Below are positions 38,601-52,033 of a stretch of DNA of 64,000 bases, one piece after another (positions within the stretch are counted from its first letter, which is position 1; the number at the start of each line of letters is the position of its first letter). Source of the DNA: Octopus sinensis (Eukaryota); assembly GCF_006345805.1 (NCBI RefSeq), contig NC_042999.1, forward strand, positions 682,001 to 746,000, written 5' to 3'. The translations under genes and the position numbers were made by a program. Below the pieces are notes generated by a model. That model had not been told where the DNA came from. It made no database searches and saw only the letters and a list, made by a program, of their open reading frames with translations.

Positions 38601-39885
38601 GAACGACTCTATCTGCCAAGAAAAGAGGGAGGCCGTGGTCTTTTGCAACTGGCAATAACAATGAAGATTGCTACAATTGGCCTAGACACCTACCTGAAAA
38701 ACTCTGAGGACTGGATGTTAAAACTTGTCTCAAAACATGAAAACAAGAAAGCATCATACTCAGTCACAAAACAGGCAAAGGAATATCTAAGTGAATTCCG
38801 AATACAACCAATTTCGGAATTAGAGATAGACATACAGAAACAAGCACAGAAAAAGCTAGGCGCATGAAAACCCGTGCCAAAACTGCGGCCTTAGATATTC
38901 TGAATAATAAATGGCAAGAAAAACCTCTCTACGGCAATACCCAAAGAGAGCGAATAATGCAGATATCGACAAAGCCCTGACCCATCAATGGCTAATGGCC
39001 TGGCTTAAAATCTGAAACAGAGGGGTTTATCATAGCAGCTCAAGATCAATGCCTACCAACAAGAAACTACCAGGCCAACATATTAAAGATCAGAAGCAGT
39101 CCAACGTGTCGTGTATGCAAGCAACAAAATGAAACCATTGACCATATGGTCTCCAAGTGCAGTCTTCTAGCGCCTACAGAGTATCTCAACAGGCACGATA
39201 GAGCTGCACAATATATTCACTGGGTAATCTGTAAAAACCTGGATTTGCCCCATGAAAAAAACTGGTGGGAACACAAACCACCCCCAGTGCTTGAAAATGA
39301 CCACATCTCACTCCTCTGGAACTTCACCATTCAAACTGACAGGAAGATAGATGCAAATAGGCCAGACATCATATTGAAAGACTTCAAACAAAGAACATGC
39401 CTCCTCATTGATATGACTGTCCCAATCGATATAAACGTATCTGTCAGGACCTACCAAAAACTGAGCAAATATAAAGATCTTGAAATAGAAATCAGCAAAA
39501 TGTGGAAGCTGAAGACTAAAACATTACCTGTTGTCATAGGTGCCCTGGGAATGATAGCAAAAGGGGCTGATAGCTACTTAACTCAGATACCAGGAAACCC
39601 AAAAATGGCAGAAGTTCAAAAGATAGTGCTCATGGGAACTGCTCATATCCTACGCAAAATACTCTCTATGTAACCTCATGGTTTAAAACAACCATAATTT
39701 TCGGTTTAAAAAAAAAAAAAAAAAACTTTTTTTTTTTTAGACATTCATTAGTACAACATCCCCACCCCCCAAATATATGGCACACTAGGCATAACAACAA
39801 CATGAACTTCCACCCTGTTGTCTCTTGAGGTCTCTGGGAGACTTGGAGCCAACTTGTACAAATATAAAGCAAAAGTCAAACATAG
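38601..39885 (+). mobile_element. 5'-truncated R4/Dong-type retrotransposon, subfamily A (CCHC knuckle plus REL endonuclease)
   Basis: ERLYLPRKEGGRGL, CRVC..ETIDHMVSKC, RHD, RPDIIL..LIDMTVP..KLSKYKDLE, PVVIGALG; frameshifted; (TAA)n on both sides; 3' junction catag|aataat. Confidence 0.93.
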
Positions 39886-39893
39886 AATAATAA

Positions 39894-39927
<34 letters not shown>

Positions 39928-39931
<4 letters not shown>

Positions 39932-40148
39932 TAAAAAAAATATTCAGACAAATACATAACAAAAACACCAGGACTTACAAACGCATATAACATACAGAAA
40001 ATTGCACTACTAGGCACTGCACCATCCTACGCAGAACACTTTCATATACAATACCATCAGAGCATCACAACAAATCACAGCACATACCCAAGGCAACACA
40101 GAGCTGCGCTCGGTAGTGAAGTGAAAGCACGCTATAAAAATAAAACTA

Positions 40149-40151
<3 letters not shown>
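39928..40151 (+). mobile_element. Very short 3' end of Dong-type subfamily B
   Basis: near-identical to 42585-42806; (TAA)n on both sides. Confidence 0.92.
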
Positions 40152-40219
<68 letters not shown>

Positions 40220-40220
<1 letters not shown>

Positions 40221-42804
40221 TCAGCATCTGAGCAACTTTGGACCCCCATAACAACTGAAGAGGTCACCCAGGCACTGCAAAATCTAAGCAACTGGAAGGC
40301 ACCTGGGCATGACAAGATCCCCAACTTCTGGTTGATATATCTAACAGGAATGCACAAAAAGGTGGCTGAAAATTTTAACAACATACTAGCAGAGCCAGAG
40401 ACAATGCCTGAATGGCTCACGAAGGGGAAAACCATCTTAATTCCCAAATCAAATGAGACAGCAAAACCAGAAAACTACAGACCAATAACCTGTCTCCCTA
40501 CGATGTACAAGGCATTTACTGCAGTGATATCGCAAAGGTTGAACAAGCACCTAGACGAAAACAACCTGTTTCCAGAAGAGCAGAAAGGATGCCGCAAAGG
40601 CTCATACGGCTGTAAAGATCAACTAATAATCAATAAAGCCATAACTGAAGACAGCCACAGAAAGAAGAAAGGCCTCAGTATGGCCTGGATTGACTTCAGA
40701 AAGGCGTTTGATAGCTCCCCCCACACATGGATCCTCGAAACACTAGCCATTAACAAATTAGCACTTACAATCATAAAATTCCTTGGGCACTCTATGAATA
40801 AATGGCAAACAGTGCTACAGCTCCAAACAAAAAAGGGACTCATGAAAACCAAAGCCATCCCCATTAGAAGAGGAATATTCCAGGGAGACACGCTCTCTCC
40901 ACTCCTTTTCGGCTTGGCACTGTTACCTCTATCTGATATGCTAAATAGAACTGGATGCGGATATAAATGTTACGGCAAAACGATCAGTCCACCTTTTATA
41001 TATGGATGACCTAAAACTATACGCTGCAAATGACAAACTGCTGGAAACACTATTAAAGACAGTTCATGGATTTACCAAAGAAATAGATATGAAATTTGGA
41101 TTAGAAAAATGCGTCAAAGTAACCATGAAAAGAGGAAAACTAGTTAATAGTAGCAACATCACACTAGATAAAACCAATGAAATAAAAGAATTAGACGAAA
41201 GCCAAACTTATAAATACTTAGGAATCCATGAACTAGATAAGACACAACACACACAAATGAAAGAGAAAATAAAAAAAGAATATTATAGACGAGTTAGATC
41301 AATACTAAAAACAGAGCTCAATGCTAAAAACAAGATGATAGGTAATAACACTTTAGCTGTCCCAGTTATAAGTTACATCTACAATATCCTTAACTGGACA
41401 CTAAATGAACTGACCAAAATAGATAGGAAAACAAGAAAAATAATGACAGGGTCTAGGATGCTCACCCAAAATCTGACATAGAAATACTATATATACAATT
41501 ATAGAAGGTGGTAGAGGCCTTATACAGCTGGAAAACTACTATAAAATAACCACCATAGGACTGCAAAAAGTCTACTTCAGAAGGAAGAAAACTGATACAA
41601 ATAATGGCAACACACGAGCAAAGCAAAAATCTGTTCTCATTATTAAGGAAAGCTACAATAAAAACAGAAATCATCCACCTAACAAATATACAAAGAAGAA
41701 TAAGAAAAGAAAAGAAGAAGAAGAAAAGAACAGAAAAAGAAGAAGAAGAATAAGAAGAAGAAGAAGAAGAATAAAAAAGAAAAGAAGAAGAAGAAGAAAA
41801 GAAGAAGAAGAAGAAGAAAATAAGAAGAAGAAGAGAAGAAAAGACAGAAAAAAAACGAAGAAAAGAAGAAGAAGAAAAGAAGAAACAACCAAAAGCTATA
41901 AAACAAATGAAATCCAACTAAATAAGAACTCAAAGAACCATAATAAAACGATGGCAAGAAAACCCTCCACGGTAATACTGGACTAAACTAAATGCAAAAG
42001 AAATAGACAAGAAAAATCCCAGCAATGGTTGAGAAGCCAGGACTCAAAGCAGAAACGAGGGATTTTTAATTGCAGCAAAACCAAAGCCTCCCACCAGAAA
42101 TTGCCAAAAACATGTAATGAAAAGAAATATAACAAGTAACTGCAGATTATGTGGAGATGGACAAGAAACAATAAATCATATTATCTTTAGCTGCCCAGTC
42201 CTGGCTAAGAAGGAATATATTCACAGACATGACAGAGTTGGAACCTACATACACTGGAAGCTATGCCAACATTATGGAATAACAACAGAAAAAAGATGGT
42301 ATAGGCACACACCAGAAAAGGTCACAGAAAATGAGAAAGCAACCATACTCTGGGATATGCCGATACACAAAGATAGAGAAATTAAGGCCAACAGACCAGA
42401 TATAGTTGTCAGAGATCATGAAGGAAAAAAATGCTTTCTAATTGATGTATCAATACCGTCAGATGACAACTTTCTCTAAAAGAAATGGAGAAACTTTCAA
42501 AATACAAAGACCTGGAAATGGAGGTAACCAGAATATGGAATCTAAAAACAGAAACAATTCCTATCATAGTAGGTGCATTAGGCATGATAAAAAAATATTC
42601 AGACAAATACATAACAAAAACACCAGGACTTACAAACACATATGACATACAGAAAATTGCACTACTAGGCACTGCACACATCCTACGCAGAACACTTTCC
42701 ATACAATAACCACCAGAGCATCACAACAAATCACAGCACATACCCAAGGCACACAGAGCTGCGCTCGGTAGTGAAGTGAAAGCACGCTATAAAAATATAA
42801 CTAT

Positions 42805-42806
<2 letters not shown>
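40220..42806 (+). mobile_element. 5'-truncated R4/Dong-type retrotransposon, subfamily B (RT, CCHC, REL), frameshifted
   Basis: RT motifs NWKAPGHD, NYRPITCL, EQKG, IDFRKAFDS, RGIFQGDTLSPLLF, (Y)MDDLKLY, YKYLG; CRLC..ETINHIIFSC, RHD, RPDIVV..LIDVSIP, KLSKYKDLE; (TAA)n on both sides. Confidence 0.95.
41690..41885 (+). repeat. (GAA)n polypurine tract inside the Dong-type ORF
   Basis: direct reading. Confidence 0.9.
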
Positions 42807-42870
<64 letters not shown>

Positions 42871-43033
42871 TCAACAACAACAACATCGGTAGCGTGGAGA
42901 AAAGAGGCTGGTATGCATGGGCGTGTTCTACCAATTTCAGACGGTTAGTTACGATGGGTATATTTGAATCATTTTTACCCCAGTATATTTTGCCTCATTG
43001 TTAATTTAATGGCATGCACTACTCTCTGACTCA

Positions 43034-43109
<76 letters not shown>

Positions 43110-44639
43110 TGATGATGATGATGATAATAATAACAACAACAACAAGACAGTCTTCATTATAACTACAATGATTGCGTTTATATTGCAAACATTAGTTATG
43201 AATGTGAACCTACGCAATCGCTCGCCTTGCTAGAAATAGCAGCTCTCTTTGAAATTACACTGCTATAGTTTTGAAATTATAAACTAAAGGAAAGTCCTGA
43301 TATTGTTGATGTAAACATATTATATGTTTTGTACGAGCTAGAACATATGGCACAGCCACGGCTGGATTGTTTTTACCTATAAGGCTATCCAACAACAACA
43401 ATAACAGCAGAATGTGATGTACGCGATGAGCAAGATGAGGGCGGTGGTAGTGGTTGTGGTGGCAGCATTAGCGTTTGTCGAAGTGGTGACAGTGGTGGCG
43501 GTAGCAGCGATGGCGGCGGAGACAATAGTAAAGTCATTGAGAATTCTGTAGATGATGATGATCGTGATAATGACTATGATGATGATGATGATGATGAGTG
43601 CATGCCGCATTGTAATTATCTTCATCATCATGTTGATAATTATACTTATGTGGCTGATGATACCTAATGCGAAAACGATAAATATTTTAGCCATATTTTC
43701 GCGTCATCAACGAGAATGACAACGAAAACAAGGACGACGATGACGACGGCGGCGATGATGACGATAGCGACAACGATGACGATGATGTTGATGATGATGA
43801 TGATGATGATGATGAGAGGGGTGGTTATTGCGGTGATGTCTCCTTGAGAAGAAGATATATAAATGTGCGAACTAATCCATTATTTACCCATGTTTTTGTT
43901 CACATGTAATATTGGTCGAGGAAAGAAATTGGAAAAGTAAGCATACACACGCCCACACTTACACACACAATCACATACATTCTTACATCTCTCTCACACA
44001 CAAACACACATACATACACACATACACACAAGTAAAATACATACAAAAAAACTAAAAACATTGTGAAATATACGGGATGATACGGCGTTAAGTTGCTTGG
44101 TAACTAAAGAATTGAAAGTTTGTCATCTTGAAGGATGTAAACAGCGCTTAAAAGCAAATTGACAAACGACTTATTTTTGTAAATTCAGGACTAAAAGATT
44201 GGTTGAAGACATTAAGGTTGCCCAGAAACACCTTTGATGAGAAATAATTCTTAATATGTTAGTCAGTTGTTGACATCAAAGATGGAGGATGTTACAGCCC
44301 TAATATACTTGGTAGATATAGGCGAGCCCAGAGAAATGCTGCTTTTGCTGCTTTGGAATATTAAATATCGTTGGAATTTGTGAAGGCATTGAAGCTCTTA
44401 ATTCATGGAACCGACTCTCGTTGTTAAGAGAAAAGGGAATTTAAAAGAAGGAATTTTGAAATACTTATGCTGAGTTACCATATTAAAGAAACTATCAACG
44501 TAGATTATATACGGCTGTGTGGTTAAGACGCCCGATTTGCAGTTTTGCAGCCAAGTGGTGAGGGGTTCAGTTCCAAAGCGCATCACCTTGCCTTATGAAT
44601 AAATTTGGTAGACGGTGGCTGAATGTATGTCCTTCCCGC

Positions 44640-45180
44640 ATACACATTTTTATTCATGTGCGTTAAGTACATAATTAAAGCATTTTAGCTCTTATTTCTA
44701 GCAATGTAGGTATTTTCTAACATCCTAGTCACATTTGGTGGCCATTTTAATTCTCCTTTTTGGTGATACATCGCAACCTGCTGTTTATACATTGATTTTA
44801 TGTATGCACATTAGCGAATCGCTAAATCATCCATTAATTTGGATGACAAAAACATATATACTAATAGAGAAGCAAGGCCAAAAAAAAAAAACACAAACAA
44901 ACAAACAAGCAAAACTGAGATCGAGCGGGCTTAACTGATGAGGCAACGGAAACTACTGAAATTGAGGTCAATATTAAGAATTCTCGATCGACACTTTTTG
45001 GACGATTGAGTTCCCTATTAGTGTACATATATGTTCTCAATCATGTGCGTTAGCTGCACAATTAGAACATTTTAGCTGCTATTTCTAGCAATGTAGGCGT
45101 TTCTTAACACCCTAGTCACATTTAGTGACAATTATGATACTTCTTTTTGGTGAAACATCGCAACCTGCTGTATATAAATT
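44640..45180 (+). repeat. Diverged ~160-bp direct duplication (44640-44805 and 45025-45180)
   Basis: shared tcatgtgcgtta..cattttagct..tatttctagcaatgtagg..cctagtcacattt..ttttggtga.acatcgcaacctgctgt. Confidence 0.8.
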
Positions 45181-45234
45181 ATATATATGTGCGTGTGTGC
45201 GTGTGTATATATGTATGTGTGCGCGCGCGCGTGT

Positions 45235-45435
45235 GTGTGTCCCTTCCACCATCGCTAGGCAACTGGTGTTGGTTTGTTTTAATTCCCTGTAGCCTGCTGG
45301 TTTCGCAAAAATAGACCGACAGAATAAGTAAAATATATAATGTAAGTAGTGGTGTCGACTTGTTCGACCAAACCCCTTTAAAGACGATGCTCCAGCATGG
45401 GCACAATCCGATGACGGAAAAAACCAAAAGATAAA
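45235..45435 (+). mobile_element. Degenerate SINE-A 3' half
   Basis: catcgct..caactggtg..accgacagaataagta..gtcgacttgttcgacc..gctccagcatgg. Confidence 0.7.
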
Positions 45436-45991
45436 CGGTATACATACACAATCATACCATACTCACATACACACACACACACACTCGCACAGTCAAAAAT
45501 TCACACACAAACACCCACACAATCAATACTATAGAAGCCTTCGATCAATAGTGCGCCTAATGTGATTAATTAGTCTTTCAGTTAATCATTGATTTCATAA
45601 AAGAATTGCTCATACTCACTAGGCAAATGTAACAGTTTATCACGTGATCAATATGGAACTCCTTTCTTCGCTGAAGATTGCGAATAGTCTGTGGAACAGT
45701 TAAACCGATCTATCAAACATCTGATCAATTAATCACTTAATCATTCATTTACACGATGACTAATTTAGTATGACGATCATCAGATCCAATAATTAAGGCA
45801 CATAATCTGTATTCCTTTCATCTGTAACCCAGTTGTCGGTCATGTTTCACCTGAATCAGATCTATCATGGATTGATGTGAATTTTAGAAATATAAGCTTC
45901 AAAGTGATTTCTAAGCTATATTAGTGGATCAAATACAGCCTGTTCTACAACGCTATGCATATTCTCTGAGGTGTTTTAGCTAGAAACTGTG

Positions 45992-46037
<46 letters not shown>

Positions 46038-46100
46038 GAGGTAGGTACGTACATATATGTATATATATATGCATATGTTTTATTTATTAATATATTATAT

Positions 46101-46835
46101 GGCGGAACGCACGCATCCATTTCTAAGTAAGATTGTTCTTGATATTAATAATGATGCGCACTTTTGACCTTTCCGTCCCCTCCCTTTCTCAGCCTTCATT
46201 CATTCTGGTTTCCTTTTCTTCTACTTTACTGTTTCTCCCTCTCTCTCTCTCTCCCTCTCTCTCATTCTTCATTCTTTCTGGTTTCCTCACAACCATTCCC
46301 TTTTTTCTCTCCCTTTCTCTTGCTCCTTCTCCTCCCTCCCACCGTTAACCTGCGACGAGAGCTCTACTACTGTCTTTCTGGCCTCTCTTCCTTGAAGTGT
46401 GGACGGCATTTTCTTTGCTCCTTCGCCGTCCTCAAAAATAGCGTTCGTAATACTTTTTTTCGTTCGGCTTAACAGCCCTTCTTGTCTTGTTATTCTCCTT
46501 GTCCTGTATCTTACTGTTTATATTTTATACTGTCGTTACTGTCCTGTTTTTGTTACCATTTTTACCCCGCTGCAAAAAGATCTCAAATTTTATTTGATTT
46601 GCTTTTCGCAGGAAGGAAAGTTTCTATCGAAGATGCATATCGCCTTCACCTTCGAAACGCAGAGTAGATGAAACCATGGCGACTGAAGAAGGGGAATTTT
46701 CCTTGTGTTATTTGTCCTGTACTCTATTTTTTTTGTTGTTTAAGAAAAATGTTCAGTTCCTTGGTTTTGTGATTATGTTTTCGTTTCTCATTGTGTTCGA
46801 CGTTTTTTTGGTGTCTTGTACCCATATATGCGTGT
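46101..46835 (+). mobile_element. Pyrimidine-rich unit (pLTR-like) between 75-85-bp direct repeats
   Basis: tatacatgtagaggtaggtacgtacatatatg(ta)ngcatatgttttatttattaatatattatat at 46026-46100 and 46836-46921. Confidence 0.55.
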
Positions 46836-46910
46836 ATATATACATGTAGAGGTAGGTACGTACATATATGTATATATATATATATATATATGCATATGTT
46901 TTATTTATTA

Positions 46911-46965
<55 letters not shown>

Positions 46966-47170
46966 TTTATTTAAAGCAGCAGAAAATTCAACAAAATCTG
47001 TTACTCTGAGTTTCTCGTTGCCGTTCATCAGACAGTTTTTGCTAGAATGGAACCGATATATCAATATATGAATTTTCTGCTGCTTTAAATAAATCATATT
47101 ACTCTATCACTGGTATTTGAGTACTCTTTTTTTCCACCTTGTTTCACATTTATGTGTTTACTCCGGTATA
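46966..47170. mobile_element. Inverted pair of PLE pLTR-like pieces (25-bp perfect IR)
   Basis: tttatttaaagcagcagaaaattca (46966-46990) and tgaattttctgctgctttaaataaa (47070-47094); both outer ends in (TA)n. Confidence 0.7.
46993..47040 (-). ncRNA. Minimal type-I hammerhead ribozyme candidate, intact core
   Basis: aaaa-CTGT CTGATGA a CG GCAA CG a GAAA CTC a GAG TA ACAG-a-tttt; predicted cut between 47002 and 47001. Confidence 0.75.
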
Positions 47171-47262
47171 TATATATATTCAGAGTGAGTACTTGATAAT
47201 TGTAAGCACCTGTATATACCGTTTGGTGGTGTAGGTGGTGGAGTAAATTAATCAAAATAAAA

Positions 47263-47427
47263 AGGAGCAGGCATGGCTGTGTGGTAAGAACTTTGCTTCC
47301 CAATCACATATTTCCAGGTTCAGTCCCACTGTGCGGCTCCTTGGGTAACTGTCTCCTACTGTAGCCCAGGGCCGACCAAAGCCTCGTGAATGTGTTTGGC
47401 AAACGGAAGCTGAAAGAAGCGCGTCGT
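47263..47427 (+). mobile_element. SINE-A 5' half
   Basis: ggcatggctgtgtggtaag..ggttcagtcccactg..ccttggg..gaaagaagc. Confidence 0.85.
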
Positions 47428-47665
47428 TAGCGGTTATAATAACCGACTAAGGGATAAAATATCCGTATATACTATCGCTGTCCGTTACCCGTAATATCCT
47501 CGGGCATTGGTGTGCAGATAACAACAGGATAAACAAGAGTTTATCAGGAACCAATGCAAATAATCAGAAAATGGAAAAAAACCTCAGATTAACAAACACA
47601 TCGATTTGACCAAATTTATAGCTTATTGTTTTTACATACAAAGCATGATATAACAAAATCACACA

Positions 47666-47725
<60 letters not shown>

Positions 47726-49029
47726 TACATGTGTGTGTATATGTAGATAAATGGATATAGATATATAGATTTAAACATTTATAACATGAAAAAGAAAACG
47801 TTAACAAAATCTCTGTAGCATTTACTTTGAAAACCCTTAGTTTTAGGCGCTTCCGAGCGACCCTGACTGATATGTATTTAACCCCACTGGCAGGGACACT
47901 CTCCTTCTCATTAGCTTTGGTAGCTTCTCATTATAATATCTGCTGCCGCCAACTACTTCAATGTCCTATATGGGGAAATAGAAGTCTTCAAAATTCAACT
48001 AATAATATGGTCTGGTATTCAGCAGGATATCAGCCAACGCAAATCTTACCACATGTTGAGCAACAAAACTAAAAACGGGTGGAATATATTCACACTTCAT
48101 TTTTATAATATTTTGGTCACAACATGAATGTTTTGAACCCTTATGAGAAACTTGGTGCATGTCCCAGCAACTTGATCTTGAAAATCATTCTTAATAAACC
48201 AACTTTCATCTTAATAGAAGAATCTGTCTATAAATACCTTGAAGAAGGTCGGCCCTATTCGCTTTGAAATAAATGAATGCCAGCAAGGTACTTGAAGTCC
48301 AAGGTACTTGAAGTCATTAAGCGTTGTTTGCCATCGATGGAACAAATTGGGAGATGAATCCCATCCTCATTTGCAGCCAGGTGCTGACTGCTTTGAGACA
48401 CAGACCAACTTTGGACTATTCTCAAGCGATATTAACAAGTTCTCCGCATCACGCAAACATTTTATGTCACGTACTTTTTGGAAATATGAATCTATACAAA
48501 CAAATACGCACATACGACATGGTGAATTGCTAATAGCCACTACCAAAGTATTAATTATCGTTTTATTAAAATCCGTAGCGCCGTAGACGCTGTGGTAACC
48601 GATTGAATTAACTCCAAGTGTATTATCGACGCCTATATCATTGAAGGCCAACAGACTGGAGAAACAAAGTTCATCGTATATAAGCGGGATCTGAAATTGC
48701 AGCGAAGAAAAAAGAATTGCATTACGTCCTTCACTGCATTGCTTCACTGATGCTGAGTATAATGAAAGGAAATGAAAGCAAAACTAATTCATATCAGAAG
48801 AAAATATCTCACAATGCAGCTTTTAGTTCGTACAAATATTTCGCTTGTTTTCTCTTTTCTTTTTTGTTGTATATTATTTATCTATTTTTTATTGCTTACC
48901 ATTTTGAATTAGAGCAAAAGTGCATACAAATATCAGACTCATGATCGTTTATCTTATATTTATGGCTGGCTTAAACTTATAAATATAATCAATATATTTG
49001 TGTGTGTCTATCTATCTGTCTGTTGGTTT

Positions 49030-49260
<231 letters not shown>

Positions 49261-49334
49261 TTGATAAATATGTAGATTTAAATATATGTATGTAGGCATA
49301 TATACGTATGTATGTATATATATATATATATATA

Positions 49335-49354
49335 TAAGATATTTAGAATATTTA

Positions 49355-49407
<53 letters not shown>

Positions 49408-49444
49408 GTGTGTGTGTGTGTTCTAAATATTCTAAATATCTTAT
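49335..49444. repeat. 24-bp perfect inverted repeat around (TA)n(TG)n
   Basis: ataagatatttagaatatttagaa / ttctaaatattctaaatatcttat. Confidence 0.9.
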
Positions 49445-49870
49445 TATAAGTGATACACATGTATACACAGGTAGATATCAAGGGTAGAAAAAATGTGTTA
49501 GGGTCATAGTGCAAACAGAAAAAGCTTGTAGAAAAAAAAATGAAATATTTTTTTCTTGATAACCTACAGCTATCAAAGTATAAACTTGTGAATACTCAGT
49601 TAACAATAAACTGGACTACAATCAACAAACAGCAGAAACTTTCTAAAGTAAAATTCCTGCCACGAGGTCAGTAGTCTATTGATATTTAAAAAGCAAACTT
49701 GGAAGCCGTGAATAAGAAAAGGCTGAGTTCAGATAGTGTATAGCATATCATAGAATACGTAGTTATTGTATAGTGGTATATTTATGGGATTTAAAGCTTT
49801 TCTTTGTAACTACATGAGTCCAGGTTCGATTTCAGTATGTGGTGTTTTGGACAAATGTCTTTGGATTACC

Positions 49871-50132
49871 TTTTTTTTATTATTTGTTTCAGTTTTTAGG
49901 CTATGGCCATGCTGGGGTACTGCTTTGAAGAAATTCTCGTCGTATGAATCGACCCTAGCACTTTTTGCCGAACCACTAATTTACAGGATCGTAAACACGC
50001 CAACACCGGTTTTTAAGCCGCGGAGAAAGTCAAACACAGACAATGACATACGCAGACGCATACACACACAGATGCACACACAGACACACGTACAGACACA
50101 TACATGTACGTCTATACATGTGTGTGTGTATG

Positions 50133-50167
<35 letters not shown>

Positions 50168-50322
50168 GACAGGCTTCTTCTAGTTTTCGTCTATCTAATC
50201 CACTCGCAAGCCTTTGGTCGGCCCGAAACTATAGCAGAAGAAATTTGCTGAAGGTGCCAGCTATGGGATTGAACCTGGAACAATGTAGTTGGGAAGTCAG
50301 CTGCTTACCAAACAGCCACACC
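49871..50322 (-). mobile_element. Diverged SINE-A copy
   Basis: colinear with the family. Confidence 0.85.
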
Positions 50323-50879
50323 TGATCAAATTCATCTGAGAAAGAAAAATGGCTAGATGGTTCGTCGTTGTCTGTCAAAGGAGTTGTTCCTCTTCTTGGG
50401 TAGTATAATTAATACTTCATTCGATTTCAGGCGGTAACCGAGTACTTAGATACATTCAACAAGATTGTGGTTTCGATTCCCGGACCGGATGGTGCGTTGT
50501 GTTCTTAAAGGCAATATTTCAATACCCATTGCGTTGCGATCTCTTTAATATGCGAGGTGCGGCACATGTAAGGTCTCCCCAGAGCTTATGACATTCATAA
50601 GTCACTTCATGGAAGAGTGAGTCTACAGTAATGGAGCAACGGATTCAAAATTCGTCACAACAGAAAATGGAAACACAAATTAAATACCGTAATTCTCACA
50701 CAGTATGTATATGCATATGTGTGTGTGTGTAAGTTAGCATTAGTGTGCGTCTGTGTGTATGTGTGTGTTTGTGTGTATGTGTGTATATGTGTGTGTGTGT
50801 TGATATATGTGTGCAGGAATGCTTGTGCGTATGGAGGGTATAAAGTCTCAAGGGTAGCAGGGGTTTCATTGTAGGTATC

Positions 50880-50995
50880 CATCTTTTCAGGGTCGATAAA
50901 ATTACTATCAGTTGATCATTGGGGTCGATTTAGTCGAACTACGCCCTACCCCGAAATTGCTGGCCTTGTGTCAAAATTGGAAACCAATTATAGTG
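50880..50995 (+). mobile_element. SINE-B 3' fragment
   Basis: cttttcagggtcgataaa..ggggtcgat..gaaattgctggccttgtgtcaaaattggaaacc. Confidence 0.75.
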
Positions 50996-52033
50996 TTCCT
51001 GGAACCATTACGCAGTGTGAATCAATCTGTCTCTCCTTTATTTAAAGTATTAGTGTGTAATTTGATAAAGACATGGTTGCTATTTCTAGCAACTCGAACG
51101 ACAGCATAGCCTTCCTCACGTTGTCTGTCCACCGCTAATACGCACCAAAAATGTTTTATCGTTCGATTTCTTTCGACAACACATTTTCCATGCAAATTTG
51201 TGATTTTATTTTAAACCAACGGGGATTATATATTTTTTATTAACATCGATATGTAATTAAAGAATAATTCTGTAATTTGATGATGCCATATTTCAGGCAA
51301 TAACTTGCCTTCATTTTCCTTTAGGCATTCAATCTTTCTGGTTACATTCATAATCTCTAACGGCAACAGGTTGCAAATATTGCAACACTCATCGCAATCT
51401 TGTTTACTCAGCTTTTTACGTTCTCATTTTATTTTCTACAGGATTCGATGTTTGTTTGATTTTTATCCTACAGTTACTAATAAAAGAATACCAAATCACT
51501 TTAATTCTCTCTCCCTGACACTAACTTAACAAATGTCCATTTTCGCGCTCTCTTTCATTATTAGCTGTTTTACAATTTTGCTATTTAACCCATGGACAGT
51601 CCTGCTTGATTAGTATTGAAGCAGGGATTGAAAACGTAATTCCCTGGATACGCAGTCAGATATCACGAGCAAACCACAACTGTTTCACGTGATCGGCTTA
51701 TTAACCGATCCATCAGTGTGAAGCAATGGCGTGGACAGGTCTTTTCGAACATTCTAGAATGTGACATTCGGTCCTCTATAAAAACCGTTCGGCGCACATT
51801 TTTACCAGCCAGACGATCCTGGAAGATGATTAACACATATGGTGTAGATAGATAACAGGAACTTCCGTCGCAACGAATATAATAATAATTGTTTTCAATT
51901 ATGTTAGGCAAGCGGTAGCTTACCGTATTAATAGGTTGCCATAAACTCCCGACAATATCTTTCCCCTAGTATGTAATTATTACTGTTGCTACCCGTAAAA
52001 GACCAACGCAGTTTGTCTATATATATAATAATA

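Noticed and set aside
44935-44970. CTGATGA-ggcaacg-GAAAC hammerhead-like string
   Set aside because: Stems I and III cannot be paired in register.
46622-46705. Two partial hammerhead-like strings (cgaaga..gaaacgca; ctgaagaagggg)
   Set aside because: Each lacks half of the core or a pairing stem II; too degenerate to call.
51663-51825. Candidate exon on the minus strand after atcttccag
   Set aside because: Open frame, but no recognisable protein, no donor site and no supporting neighbouring exons.
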